In this document: positions 1-9,973 of the stretch, in pieces
Layout of the letters: each line of letters begins with the position of its first letter
Numbering within the stretch: the stretch's first letter is position 1
Assembly (NCBI GenBank): GCA_965228855.1
Contig: CBDDIJ010000003.1
Coordinates: 3,584,001-3,648,000, forward strand
Direction of reading: 5' to 3'
DNA from: Candidatus Obscuribacterales bacterium
GTDB lineage: Bacteria; Cyanobacteriota; Vampirovibrionia; Obscuribacterales; Obscuribacteraceae
DNA length: 64,000 nt
Made by a program: the position numbers and the translations under genes
The notes under the pieces: generated by a model
What the model saw: the letters and a program-made list of their open reading frames with translations, nothing else
What the model was told of the DNA's origin: nothing
Database searches by the model: none

Positions 1-328
1 ATGCTCGCTTTCGCTTTCGTCTCTTTGGCGGCTGAGGCGGTGAAACTCTTCCTGCCAATAAGTCCTCGAGATACTTTTCTTGCAACTCGGCAAGCTCCAA
101 CTGACCAGCGAGCCCTAAATCCTCATACATTAGTGAAACCATTTGAGATTCAGGAGCTTCGCCTGACGTAGCACACACGCTAGCTGATCCGATAAAGGAT
201 TCAGATTGCTGACTATCCGTCGACCTCCGAGTTTTTGATTTGCGAGAGACAAGCTGGGCGCACGCAAGTGTCAAGGGCCCACCAACTGCCATTCCAACCA
301 AGATCAATGTCAGAGATTCTAAACTCAT
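1..328 (-). CDS. Small membrane-anchored hypothetical protein, runs off the window start
   Basis: Manual translation from ATG 328: MSLESLTLILVGMAVGGPLTLACAQLVSRKSK...EKYLEDLLAGRVSPPQPPKRRKRKRA. Open to position 2, with an N-terminal hydrophobic segment. Not in the ORF track. Confidence 0.55.
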   Translation of the reverse strand, partial: MSLESLTLILVGMAVGGPLTLACAQLVSRKSKTRRSTDSQQSESFIGSASVCATSGEAPESQMVSLMYEDLGLAGQLELAELQEKYLEDLLAGRVSPPQPPKRRKRKRA

Positions 329-468
329 CCGTGCTATTCGCGACGCTATCGATTAATTCAGTTTATCACCGTCAGGCTGTTTAGCTGCAACAGACAGAGC
401 ATCCAAACCCGTTCCAATAAAATTCGCCAGTAGCGCCTCGTGCCGAGCTCGTGCAAACACCTACGCCC

Positions 469-3400
469 TTACCGCTGCCACGCCGCCAACTGTGGCTTCG
501 CATGGATTTGGAAGTCGTCTGCGGGTCGTAATTGAAGAATCACCGCTGCCGTCTTCATGAGGTTCGAGGCAATGTGCCGGCTGCGATTGTTTTTCGAACT
601 CAAAACTCCAGCGATCGGCTTCAAACCCTGCATCGCGGCAACAACCGAAAATTCAGAAGAGAACATTGACTTTCCTGTTCTGGTTCTCGAAACAGATAAC
701 GCTCGATGCGGTATCGCCTCCAGTGGATTGAGGTCGGCAAAGTCATCGGAACCAGAGGCGATTGTAACGTGCTGACCAGGAGAGAGCGCAATGCGCTCAC
801 CTGGTGTCTCAATCACAACAGAACCCTTACGCCTATCATCGAAGTCATAGATTGAAACAGCCTCACCGGTTGCCACAACCAGCGCAACCGAGTTGCGAGC
901 AAGTTTCAAGTTCATCCCCGGTAATTTCACATCGGTATCCTGGGCTGGAGCAAAAACCACCGCGCCGCGATTCAGCCGTAGTTGATTCAGACTGGAAGTT
1001 GAAACAGCCGCTGAATTCGCCAGCTCAGGGACAAGCTGGTCATGAGACCACAAGCCAATTTCCATAGGGACTTCGGTCACATCACGGTCGAAGAGGAACG
1101 TTGACGCCGAGTTGAAAGGCTGACTGACACCACCATTGGTATCGGAGTGGAAATCGCTAGTCGAAATCAGGTTTATGCGCTGATCGCTCGTCTCAAGTGA
1201 ATCAATCGAACTGATGTTTGTAGTATCGGCTTGCTGAACTGGCCCGCCTCCGTATGAATCGGTCGGCAAAACCGGTGAAGCAATGGACACATGATTGGAA
1301 TCGAATATTCCGTCAGGCGCGTTTAGTAAAACATCTGCATTAGAGTCCAAGTTCTCCGATGAGATCGTGACAGCCTTTACACCAGTCGTATGGGCAACCA
1401 CTCTCGATTCCGGTGTTGAGGCAATTGATGCAAACGAGCTTGCAACTGTCACCGAAGGGGCTTTCGCCGAGATCTCAACTCCGCCCCCAATCGATACCGC
1501 CGACTTCTTGCGCTTCGACGCGTTTTGAAAAACTATTTTGCCACCGTCAGCGGTGAATAAGCTGGTCGGTTTAGCAGTCTGCAGACCACCTTTGCTGAGG
1601 TAGACACCGCCCCCATTTGCATAGGTTATATCAATATTTTTGTAGCGCTTTTTCGGTTTAGATAACTTAGTAGCCTGCTCTCCGTACCCGATAAACACAT
1701 TCCCCGCGCCAACATCAGTCGACGATGCAACGATTTTCGAATTGGCGCCAATTTTGAACGAGCCAGCAAGGTCATCGCTGCTCAAGTTCACACTGCCACC
1801 GGCAGTGCTGATGGTAGAACCAGGCATGACATAAAAATTTCCGCCCAGTGTCGTAACGGAGATGTCACCATCGAGGGTCAAGATATCATTAACATCAAGC
1901 GGTCCGCTCGCTAAAAATGTGAACGATCCCCCGGCATAAGAATCAAGAAGACTTACCTTCCCCGTGCTCACGTCCTTCACATTGACGGAGCCTGTTCCCG
2001 AGGTGAACATTGATAAACTACCAGACGCATCGACTATTAGGGGCGTCGAGCCGCCGATATTACCGGCGGTGCTCAACAGGTCAACGCGTGACGCGGCCGC
2101 AACCGAAGACGACGTAGTTGAGATGATGCCACCATCGCCGCTAAAAATCGAAATACCAGACGCGTCGATGAAACCGCCTGAATCAAACCGTACCGAATCC
2201 GTGGCTTCCAGCGTGACATTCCCAGTAGCGGTCAAGTGTTCATTCACGCGCACTGAATCACCCAGTGCTCGCAAGCTGGCATTGCCAACCGAGATATCGG
2301 CATTGACGTCGACACCGCTTCTCGAAGTCACCTGCATAAAACCAGTACCAGCGATGGTTCCGTTGATGGCAACCGAATCACCTGTAACCCGAACTTCACC
2401 ATCTTGGGCAGCGATGCCGGCGATTATGGCGTCGCCATGTTGATTATCAAAGGTGACCGAGTCTCCAAGACCTGTAAATTGACCATTGAAGCTACCAGGA
2501 ACAACCACACTCAAGTCGCCATTAGAAGCGAAACTCGCACTTCCACCTCCCGTGTCGATTGCAGAATTTACCAGGATTGATAGGGCATCGGTTCCTGGGT
2601 TTGCAATCGAAACGGTTCCAGCGCTCCCAAGAACGCCACCGTTTGCGATGATGGAACCAGTGATACCGTTAACGATACCGACACCGCCCACGGTGAAAAC
2701 TTCCGGCGAATCAATCTCGATTGCCACTGAACCGCCTGCGCCATTTCCTTTGCCAGAAACATCTAGATTTCCATCAACCAGCAGTTTGCCGGACATCGAC
2801 GGCGATGTGCCCGCCCAAAGCTCATATGCTCCGCCATTTCCGGCGTTTCCTTTTACTCCCGCGTCGACCGCACCACTGGCAATAGACAAATCACCACCTG
2901 CATGTACTCGCACGGTTCCACCGTCACCGCCAGAAGATGCTGAGCTTCCTCCGGTCGCAAAGACGCTCAAAGAACCGGCGGACAAGGATAGAGATTGATC
3001 TCTAACCAACAAATCCACTAGACCGCCTGCAGCCTCCGCGCCGCCGTTCGCCTGCAGGGACGCACCTCCTGCTCCGGTCACAGTGAGAGTCGAAGCATCA
3101 ACCAGAATCTCTCCGCCCGAGCCGTTCTCCAATCCACCATCGACAGAATAAACTCCAGCCGCGAGATCGAGATTTCCATTGGGAGTAACAAACTGCAATT
3201 TGCCACCATGACCATTAGAAGCGTGCACCGAGACAAAATTATGGTCATCAATTTTGATGCCACCGGTTCCAGCGTTTTCAAAGGTTACGGAGCCGCCATC
3301 TGTGCCTTGTGCTGTCACCGTGCCAGCAACACCATTCACTGTGGCACTGCCAATCACCAATGGCGTCGAGCTATTGGAGGCGATTCGGACAGTCCCACCA

Positions 3401-6400
3401 TTTCCAATTAACTTCCCGTCTGCACTGATATCACCGACGTACAAAACAGAGCCATCACCAGCGGTGCCGGCTTCCAGGTCGAGAGTTCCGCCCGAGCCCC
3501 AGGCTCCCTTCACTGAAACGTCGACAGAAGCAGAATTAGCCAATAAATTGCGGCCGGCGGAGAGGCGCACCGTACCGCCGGCCCCGGAGCCTAAGCCGCC
3601 ATGAGCGGATACCTGCAAATGGTTGGCTCCGCCGTCTACAATAAGGTCTGAGTCTGACCCTGTGGTAGAGACGGAAACCAATCCGCCGTATCCGCCATTG
3701 GTACCATCCGCTTTTAAAACAAGAGGCGAACCGATTATATTTAGTCCGCGCGCGGCAATCTCAACGGAGCCACCTTCAAAGCTAAAACCGCCACTTCCGC
3801 TGGCATCCAATGTTCCACCATTAATGGTCAGCGCTGCAGACGGAGCTAGAATCGATAGGTGACCGCCGTTACCCTCGCCACCTTCTGCGGTGACTGACAG
3901 ATTGCCACCGGCGAACGTGAACGCTGAGGCCGACGCATCAATGCTAAGACTGCCACCATCTCCTACAGAGTTGTAAGCCTTAACCGTACCGTTGTTAGTA
4001 AAATAAGTTCCGCTAAGACTTACCTTCGCTGGACCATCGTTAAACTGCAGGGTGCTGTCTGCAGAATTTGTAAAGGTGGAACCTACAATAGTGGTCTGAC
4101 CCGCATTGAAATTCAGTTGCGAAGTATTTCCGGAAGAATTGGCGAAACTTATCGCCTGATTGTTTCCACCAAGAGTAATCGATGCACCTGAGAGATTTAC
4201 GACGCCTGGCACAGCGCCAGCAGTGAGATTTATGTTCAGAAAACTGCTTCCGCCTATCGACAGCAGCTCGGCAATTATTTGCGAGTTACTAGCCAGGTTA
4301 AGCTGCGGACTGTTGATCGTCAGTGCTTCAGCCGCAACGATACTGCCGGCAACCGAAAGACTGTTGGATTGAATCGTAGAGTTTCCGACGACGTTTACGA
4401 CACCGTTCACTACAGAGTTCGCAGCGATCAGAGAGGGCGCTGAAAGATTGGCTGTAACATTCGCCGGCACAACCAGTTGCGAGAAACCGCTCGCCGGGAT
4501 GTTCTCTGCTGCAATACCGAATGAGCCAGAATTGGCTGCACCGCCTGAAGCAAGCTGCAGGCTTTGCGCACCGGTCGTTCCCTTCTGAATCAAAGCAATC
4601 CACTCCGAGGCTGTGACCAGATCACCGTTCGTAACTGTTTTCTGAGCACCGCCAACGGTGATAGTGATCGAACCGTCGCCGGCACCCACAATTTCCCCGG
4701 CAGCACTCGTGGTCGCTAATGACTGATCATTCAGCTTGACCTGATCGCCCCGCATGCGACCGGCAAGGGTCACGGAACCGTTTCGAATTTGCGCGGCAAT
4801 GACCGGGCTGTTCGACTCTAGATCAGACGCTCCAGCGTAAACAGTCGACGCGACGTTGCCACCGGATGTGGTGAGGTTTATTTGCCCGCCGCCACGCTGA
4901 GAATGCGTGAAGATACTGAAGTCGGCGTACGGAGATTTATTGATATCCTCATTGGTGCTGAAAGCGGTTTGAATTGTTTTAGTAACATCTATGTCACGTC
5001 CGGTGATGGTAATGTTTCCACCAATACCAGGCGCACCGCCTTTTTTGGGAGTCGTGTCGTTCCAATAACCGCGCGGAGCAAACGTCCCTTCATCGCCATT
5101 CTCGCCATAATTACCGACGTCACCACCGTAACCACTGCCACAGCACCCTATATCGTAAGCGGTGTTGGTTCCGCCCATTCCTGCATATGGAAACCGCGGA
5201 TGATTTGGATTGTGTGGATTTAGCCCATTGTCCAACATTCCCGGCCCGTCGTAGGGAGGAGGCGCATAGAACAGTCCACCGGAGTTGGGTCCCCCACCAT
5301 TGCCAAGACTACCGCCACCGCCTGCGGTGTCTGTCGATGAGATTCCGACACCACCACCTCCGCCGCCACCTGGCGCGAGTACAGGACCGTTTATTACGAC
5401 ATCGGCTATCGCTGTTAGTAGTATGTTGCCACCGTCTCCGCCAGTTCCTCCAGCAGTGTGGTTAGCACCACCACCGCCACCACCGGACGTGTTTATATCG
5501 CCGTTGACAGTCAAACCGCCATTCAAAGAAACAACACTGATGTTGCCGCCATGACCACCATCGCTGCCATAGTCGTAACCTTGCAGGGCCCAGCCTTTGA
5601 CGGGGGCTCCGCCGCCCATGGCCCGAAGATATCCGGTAGTCACACTGCCACCGGCCTGCATCAAGATATTGCCTGAATTGAAACCGTTGCCACCTCGCGC
5701 ACCGGACTCGAGATTGCCGGTAACGATCGAGCCGCCTCCATATGTAGTGCCTCCAACGACACTACCCTGTGTGAGCTTACCGGTTGAGTCGAATTTGAGC
5801 ACACCCGCAAGCAACGGATCGACCGTTCTAATAGTTATGTAGTCTACTCTGTCGTGCGCTCCAATACTGGTGACGTCGCCCAGACTGATATCGCCGGGAC
5901 TGTAAATCGAAACTTTCCCGCCCCGGCGTCCGTCGGCGGTGATGGAACCGGTCACCGTAATTGTGCCACCGTATGCGCCTAGCGTTACGCTCCCACCAGT
6001 TCCGTTTCCACCCGAAGCAGAATTTATACTTGTGATACCAGAAATTGACCCGGTCAAACCACTCGCACCGGATACGGTAGTAATACCGTTATTGGTGGTA
6101 TTTGACACCCCGGCCAGCAAAATCACATCACCGCCGTTATTGTTGCTATCAGAAGAGGTGTTTATGACCGTTCCACCTGAGGCGCCCAGGATACTTCCTG
6201 CCGCAACGGCCGTCACTGGCGCGCCTGAAGCAGTCACGGTTGCGGGCAAGGTGATATCTCCCGAACTGTTCGTAAAAATCGGGTCGTCCAGAACATGAAT
6301 GCTACTGATCGACAGATCTCCTGTTGCAACATGAACTGCGGAGGTAAAGGCAATTACGTCGACTAGTCCGTTTATGCTGTCAACTGCTACATTGACTGCG

Positions 6401-7734
6401 GAATTGGGAGAGTTAAACTGCACGAGGTCGGCATTGAGCGTACCGCCAATGACACTTATTGGTGTTGCAGCAGACATATAGAGATGACCGCTTCCAGCGT
6501 CTATCCTTCCACCACTATTAACGACGCTAAAAGTTTCAACTGCGTTGGTGGCAACGAGCGACATTGCCGCTCCAATTGATTGCACGACTCCTGAGTTCAC
6601 GACCTTCTGCGTTTCCACTGACATCGAATCGCCAGTAAAAATTACTCCGCTATTGTGAAGTTCGCCGGCACTCATTGTTAAGTTTCCGGCACTGAATATG
6701 GTGCCGGAATTGTCGATCATATTGTTAGCATTCAAAAGTAACTTAGTGCCTTCTCGAGAAAGTTCTCCAAGTTGGACCAGACCGGCAATGAATCCTGCTG
6801 TCGTCATATCTCCGTTCCGGAGCGTCGAGTCCATCGAAATTACGGCACCAGCCATGTTCAAAATGTTGTCCGCGAAGATTCGGCCTTGACGTCCACGGGT
6901 ATCACTGACGCCGAGAATTTCGCCACGATTGACAAGGTCGCCTGAAAGCCTCAGAGCTCCTTTGGACACATCACCGATTGCGACAACGCTCTCTGGAATC
7001 ACAAGGTCGCTTATCCCGCGAAACGCTTGCGGCTGTTTGAGTAAATCAAGGGAGAATTCGCCACTGGCTGCGATACCAGCATCAGACAGGTTCAAGCTCT
7101 GCGAGCCGGTTTTCATCGATTGCGCAATCGCCACATACTCTGCGGCTGTGACAACTTGACCCGCAGCAAAAGTCTTCGAGGCACCACCAACATCAATAGT
7201 CACCCATTCCTGATCGCGAAACAGCTTTGAGGGCAGCGCGATGTTTCGCTCGGAAGACGTGAGGTCGAGGTCGAGCTGCGCTCTGCCAGATATGACAGCG
7301 GAGCTATCCATAATTCGATTTGCCGCGCGATGCTGGGTTCGGTCAGACAAATTCAAACGGTTCAAGGTGATGCGAGGGATGCCAATTGCAATAGGATTTT
7401 GACGAGCATGAGCAGCTGACACGAGACTGTTTACTGGCGCGAGAGCTCGAGGAGTAGATAGCTGGAGTTGGTGGCTCAATGCTTTCTCAAGCACGCGCAC
7501 TTCGTTACGTGCGGAACGTTCCGCACGTACGCTTTCGTCAACGTCGCGACGTGCCGACGCTGGTGCCGCCGAAAAAACCGGCAGCAGAAGAGACAACGCT
7601 GTTAGCTTTCCCAAATTCACATCTACGCGCACAACTGCTCCTGAACCAACTCGCCGAGTTGCTCGGCGCAGATTGGCGACTAAAATCGTAACTCCACCTA
7701 CCCGCCGGCTTGCAACCGCTGAACGCCTGAACAA
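469..7734 (-). CDS. Giant Gly/Ser/Asn-rich beta-helical surface/secreted protein (filamentous haemagglutinin-like repeats)
   Basis: 2421-aa ORF. Signal-like segment LTALSLLLPVFSAAPASA, many GxGGxV/I-type repeats, a PGRS-like Gly-rich centre and a distinct C-terminal globular domain. Start codon uncertain. Confidence 0.8.
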   Translation of the reverse strand: MFRRSAVASRRVGGVTILVANLRRATRRVGSGAVVRVDVNLGKLTALSLLLPVFSAAPASARRDVDESVRAERSARNEVRVLEKALSHQLQLSTPRALAPVNSLVSAAHARQNPIAIGIPRITLNRLNLSDRTQHRAANRIMDSSAVISGRAQLDLDLTSSERNIALPSKLFRDQEWVTIDVGGASKTFAAGQVVTAAEYVAIAQSMKTGSQSLNLSDAGIAASGEFSLDLLKQPQAFRGISDLVIPESVVAIGDVSKGALRLSGDLVNRGEILGVSDTRGRQGRIFADNILNMAGAVISMDSTLRNGDMTTAGFIAGLVQLGELSREGTKLLLNANNMIDNSGTIFSAGNLTMSAGELHNSGVIFTGDSMSVETQKVVNSGVVQSIGAAMSLVATNAVETFSVVNSGGRIDAGSGHLYMSAATPISVIGGTLNADLVQFNSPNSAVNVAVDSINGLVDVIAFTSAVHVATGDLSISSIHVLDDPIFTNSSGDITLPATVTASGAPVTAVAAGSILGASGGTVINTSSDSNNNGGDVILLAGVSNTTNNGITTVSGASGLTGSISGITSINSASGGNGTGGSVTLGAYGGTITVTGSITADGRRGGKVSIYSPGDISLGDVTSIGAHDRVDYITIRTVDPLLAGVLKFDSTGKLTQGSVVGGTTYGGGSIVTGNLESGARGGNGFNSGNILMQAGGSVTTGYLRAMGGGAPVKGWALQGYDYGSDGGHGGNISVVSLNGGLTVNGDINTSGGGGGGANHTAGGTGGDGGNILLTAIADVVINGPVLAPGGGGGGGVGISSTDTAGGGGSLGNGGGPNSGGLFYAPPPYDGPGMLDNGLNPHNPNHPRFPYAGMGGTNTAYDIGCCGSGYGGDVGNYGENGDEGTFAPRGYWNDTTPKKGGAPGIGGNITITGRDIDVTKTIQTAFSTNEDINKSPYADFSIFTHSQRGGGQINLTTSGGNVASTVYAGASDLESNSPVIAAQIRNGSVTLAGRMRGDQVKLNDQSLATTSAAGEIVGAGDGSITITVGGAQKTVTNGDLVTASEWIALIQKGTTGAQSLQLASGGAANSGSFGIAAENIPASGFSQLVVPANVTANLSAPSLIAANSVVNGVVNVVGNSTIQSNSLSVAGSIVAAEALTINSPQLNLASNSQIIAELLSIGGSSFLNINLTAGAVPGVVNLSGASITLGGNNQAISFANSSGNTSQLNFNAGQTTIVGSTFTNSADSTLQFNDGPAKVSLSGTYFTNNGTVKAYNSVGDGGSLSIDASASAFTFAGGNLSVTAEGGEGNGGHLSILAPSAALTINGGTLDASGSGGFSFEGGSVEIAARGLNIIGSPLVLKADGTNGGYGGLVSVSTTGSDSDLIVDGGANHLQVSAHGGLGSGAGGTVRLSAGRNLLANSASVDVSVKGAWGSGGTLDLEAGTAGDGSVLYVGDISADGKLIGNGGTVRIASNSSTPLVIGSATVNGVAGTVTAQGTDGGSVTFENAGTGGIKIDDHNFVSVHASNGHGGKLQFVTPNGNLDLAAGVYSVDGGLENGSGGEILVDASTLTVTGAGGASLQANGGAEAAGGLVDLLVRDQSLSLSAGSLSVFATGGSSASSGGDGGTVRVHAGGDLSIASGAVDAGVKGNAGNGGAYELWAGTSPSMSGKLLVDGNLDVSGKGNGAGGSVAIEIDSPEVFTVGGVGIVNGITGSIIANGGVLGSAGTVSIANPGTDALSILVNSAIDTGGGSASFASNGDLSVVVPGSFNGQFTGLGDSVTFDNQHGDAIIAGIAAQDGEVRVTGDSVAINGTIAGTGFMQVTSRSGVDVNADISVGNASLRALGDSVRVNEHLTATGNVTLEATDSVRFDSGGFIDASGISIFSGDGGIISTTSSSVAAASRVDLLSTAGNIGGSTPLIVDASGSLSMFTSGTGSVNVKDVSTGKVSLLDSYAGGSFTFLASGPLDVNDILTLDGDISVTTLGGNFYVMPGSTISTAGGSVNLSSDDLAGSFKIGANSKIVASSTDVGAGNVFIGYGEQATKLSKPKKRYKNIDITYANGGGVYLSKGGLQTAKPTSLFTADGGKIVFQNASKRKKSAVSIGGGVEISAKAPSVTVASSFASIASTPESRVVAHTTGVKAVTISSENLDSNADVLLNAPDGIFDSNHVSIASPVLPTDSYGGGPVQQADTTNISSIDSLETSDQRINLISTSDFHSDTNGGVSQPFNSASTFLFDRDVTEVPMEIGLWSHDQLVPELANSAAVSTSSLNQLRLNRGAVVFAPAQDTDVKLPGMNLKLARNSVALVVATGEAVSIYDFDDRRKGSVVIETPGERIALSPGQHVTIASGSDDFADLNPLEAIPHRALSVSRTRTGKSMFSSEFSVVAAMQGLKPIAGVLSSKNNRSRHIASNLMKTAAVILQLRPADDFQIHAKPQLAAWQR

Positions 7735-7866
7735 TCAGCCAGTAGCGTAACGCTTAGCAAGTATTCTTGTCTACGCAAGCGGCCTAACTAAAAAGAGAGA
7801 CTATCTTAATGGAAAATTTTTCTCTAAGAACTCTGGAGCTCCACAGTTGGCGTTGGTGAGAAACGA

Positions 7867-7954
7867 CTTCATGCCGACTTCACGTTGGCTTCATGCCAAC
7901 TTCACGTTCGCTTCATGCCGATTTCACGATGTCTTCACCTGTGCTTCACGGTGC
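7867..7954. repeat. Tandem array of eight 11-bp units with (C/T)TTCA core in a divergent intergenic region
   Basis: cttcatgccga|cttcacgttgg|cttcatgccaa|cttcacgttcg|cttcatgccga|tttcacgatgt|cttcacctgtg|cttcacggtgc. Confidence 0.9.
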
Positions 7955-7999
7955 TCTGTGAACATAGAATTCCAGTGGTCCAAGCCCCGGTGATTGAAA

Positions 8000-9874
8000 A
8001 TGAATTTACTAAACAAATCGGTCGACGGCGAAGAGAACGGTCACCAAACTCGTTCCTGGAACGAGCTAAATCCACCGAGTCCCGGTTCCGGCATCGCGGA
8101 ACAGAGGGTGCTGCGGGAACTGATTGAGAAGAACTCCAGGGCGGCTCGCAAGAAACAAAAACGTCTTTGCGTATCCATGCTGACAGCAGCGCTGTTTGTC
8201 ACGACTGCCACGATCGCTGTCACGTCATTTTCATCTTACCGACCAATCATTACCAAAAATCCGGCTTTAGACACACCTACAACCAGCGACCAGTTTTGCC
8301 AGCGCGCCGATGCTCTCGTCAGTCTTGGACGCTACGATGACGCACTAATGGATTATTCATGCCTGGCGCGATTGAACAGGGATAATCAATCTGCACATGA
8401 AGGTATCGCCCTCTGTTATGTGGAGACCGGCAGAAATACCGAAGCAATCGACAAGCTCAACGACATTCTAAGCAGGTATCCCGACAGCATTTCCGCACAC
8501 ATGCTGCGAGGTGAGTGTTATCGGAACATGCATGAATTCGACAAAGCACGAGCCGATTTCAGCTGGCTGCTGCAGCACGATAAAAACTGCTCGACAGCCT
8601 ACTGCTCTATGACCGATTTGCTTATCATGGAGGGTAAACGAGAAGAAGCGCTCCTCTACATCGACTCCGCGATCAATCACAAAATCGACAACTTTCAAAC
8701 TAGACAAAGGCGCGCGGAACTTCTTGTCTCTCTCGGTAGATTTGCTGAAGCAGAAAATGACTTCGAAGCAATCAACAAGATGCCGAGCAAACAGGAAAAC
8801 GCGGAGACCCTGGCGTGCCGTTCTAAAGCGTATTTGGCAACAGGTAAGTTCGAAAAAGCATTAACGACACTGGACAAACTTATCACGCTACGACCCATGC
8901 ATGTGACACCATATATGGAGCGGGCTAAGGCACAGTTCGGCTTGAAAAATTATTCAAAAGCAGTGAAGGACTGCGACCAGGTTTTACTCTTGTCCAAAGA
9001 AAACCCAGATGCGTTGTTGCTTCGTGCTGACTGTTTCGCTCAACTGGGCGATAAGATAGCGGCCATCAACGATTATGAACGCTCCGTCGCAAAAAATCCT
9101 AAATTCACTCGCGGATTTTTGAAATTAGCATCGTATCAAATGGAGCAATCGAATTTCGCGAGCGCGCTTTCATGCTATCGAAGCGCATTAAGTTTAAACT
9201 CCAATTGCGCAGAAGCTTTATCCGGCTGCCAAAAGGCAAAGCAGGCACTGGAATCACTAGCCGGCAACTCACAAGTCGCATTCAACGACAGCAAAACGTG
9301 TATCGCAAGCGATAGAGTGGAACTCAAACAAATTGAAACGCTGAGTTTTACCGAGGCTCTTGCGAAAGGCTATGCTGCTCTTCGAGATGGTCGCTGCGAG
9401 TTCGCCACCCGAACTTTGAAACGCGCAGTACAGCTCCAACCGAATTCAGCTGAGGCGCGCCGTTATCTAGCGTTTGCCCTTATGGAAGCTGGAGATGTTT
9501 TAAACGCAGAGCGGCAGCTGCAAGCGGTACGACAGTTGAACGGCGAGGAACCTTCAGATAATATCCGCCTGGCGACCGCGTTTCAAAAGTCCGGTCGACA
9601 CGACAAAGCAATTGCGATTCTGCAAAACCATGTGCGTCAATACAAAACGGACGTTGACGCAATTGTTCTACTGACGGACTCATTGCTGACAGCCAATGAG
9701 AGACCACGCGCCATGGAGTTGTGCGAGCAAACCATGCGCCTCGTCTCAAATCCACGAGATCAGGAGCGCCTCAGAGAAAAATTCCTGGCGCTGAAAAACT
9801 CCAACCCTGTTGAGTCTGGAACAAACACGCAACACGCAATCGACACATCACCGCTCGAGAGCAGAGGCTCTTGA
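8000..9874 (+). CDS. Membrane-anchored tetratricopeptide-repeat protein
   Basis: One TM segment (LCVSMLTAALFVTTATIAV) followed by many TPR units (e.g. LGRYDDALMDY, TGKFEKALTTLDKLITLRP). ATG 8000 preferred over TTG 7994. Confidence 0.85.
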   Translation: MNLLNKSVDGEENGHQTRSWNELNPPSPGSGIAEQRVLRELIEKNSRAARKKQKRLCVSMLTAALFVTTATIAVTSFSSYRPIITKNPALDTPTTSDQFCQRADALVSLGRYDDALMDYSCLARLNRDNQSAHEGIALCYVETGRNTEAIDKLNDILSRYPDSISAHMLRGECYRNMHEFDKARADFSWLLQHDKNCSTAYCSMTDLLIMEGKREEALLYIDSAINHKIDNFQTRQRRAELLVSLGRFAEAENDFEAINKMPSKQENAETLACRSKAYLATGKFEKALTTLDKLITLRPMHVTPYMERAKAQFGLKNYSKAVKDCDQVLLLSKENPDALLLRADCFAQLGDKIAAINDYERSVAKNPKFTRGFLKLASYQMEQSNFASALSCYRSALSLNSNCAEALSGCQKAKQALESLAGNSQVAFNDSKTCIASDRVELKQIETLSFTEALAKGYAALRDGRCEFATRTLKRAVQLQPNSAEARRYLAFALMEAGDVLNAERQLQAVRQLNGEEPSDNIRLATAFQKSGRHDKAIAILQNHVRQYKTDVDAIVLLTDSLLTANERPRAMELCEQTMRLVSNPRDQERLREKFLALKNSNPVESGTNTQHAIDTSPLESRGS

Positions 9875-9973
9875 GAACGCTTGTCAGTACCAATCTTTAC
9901 GACAGGCCTGGCACTATTCATGAAGACCCAATATGCTTATCATTGATTGGTCCTATTATTAGCGGCAGGTCAA

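Noticed and set aside
557..7691. Many + strand ORFs within the giant gene
   Set aside because: Antisense shadows of Gly/Ser codon repeats (Pro-rich translations) with no independent motifs.
7867..7954. CRISPR array
   Set aside because: The units are 11 bp with no unique spacers, and there are no cas genes in the window.
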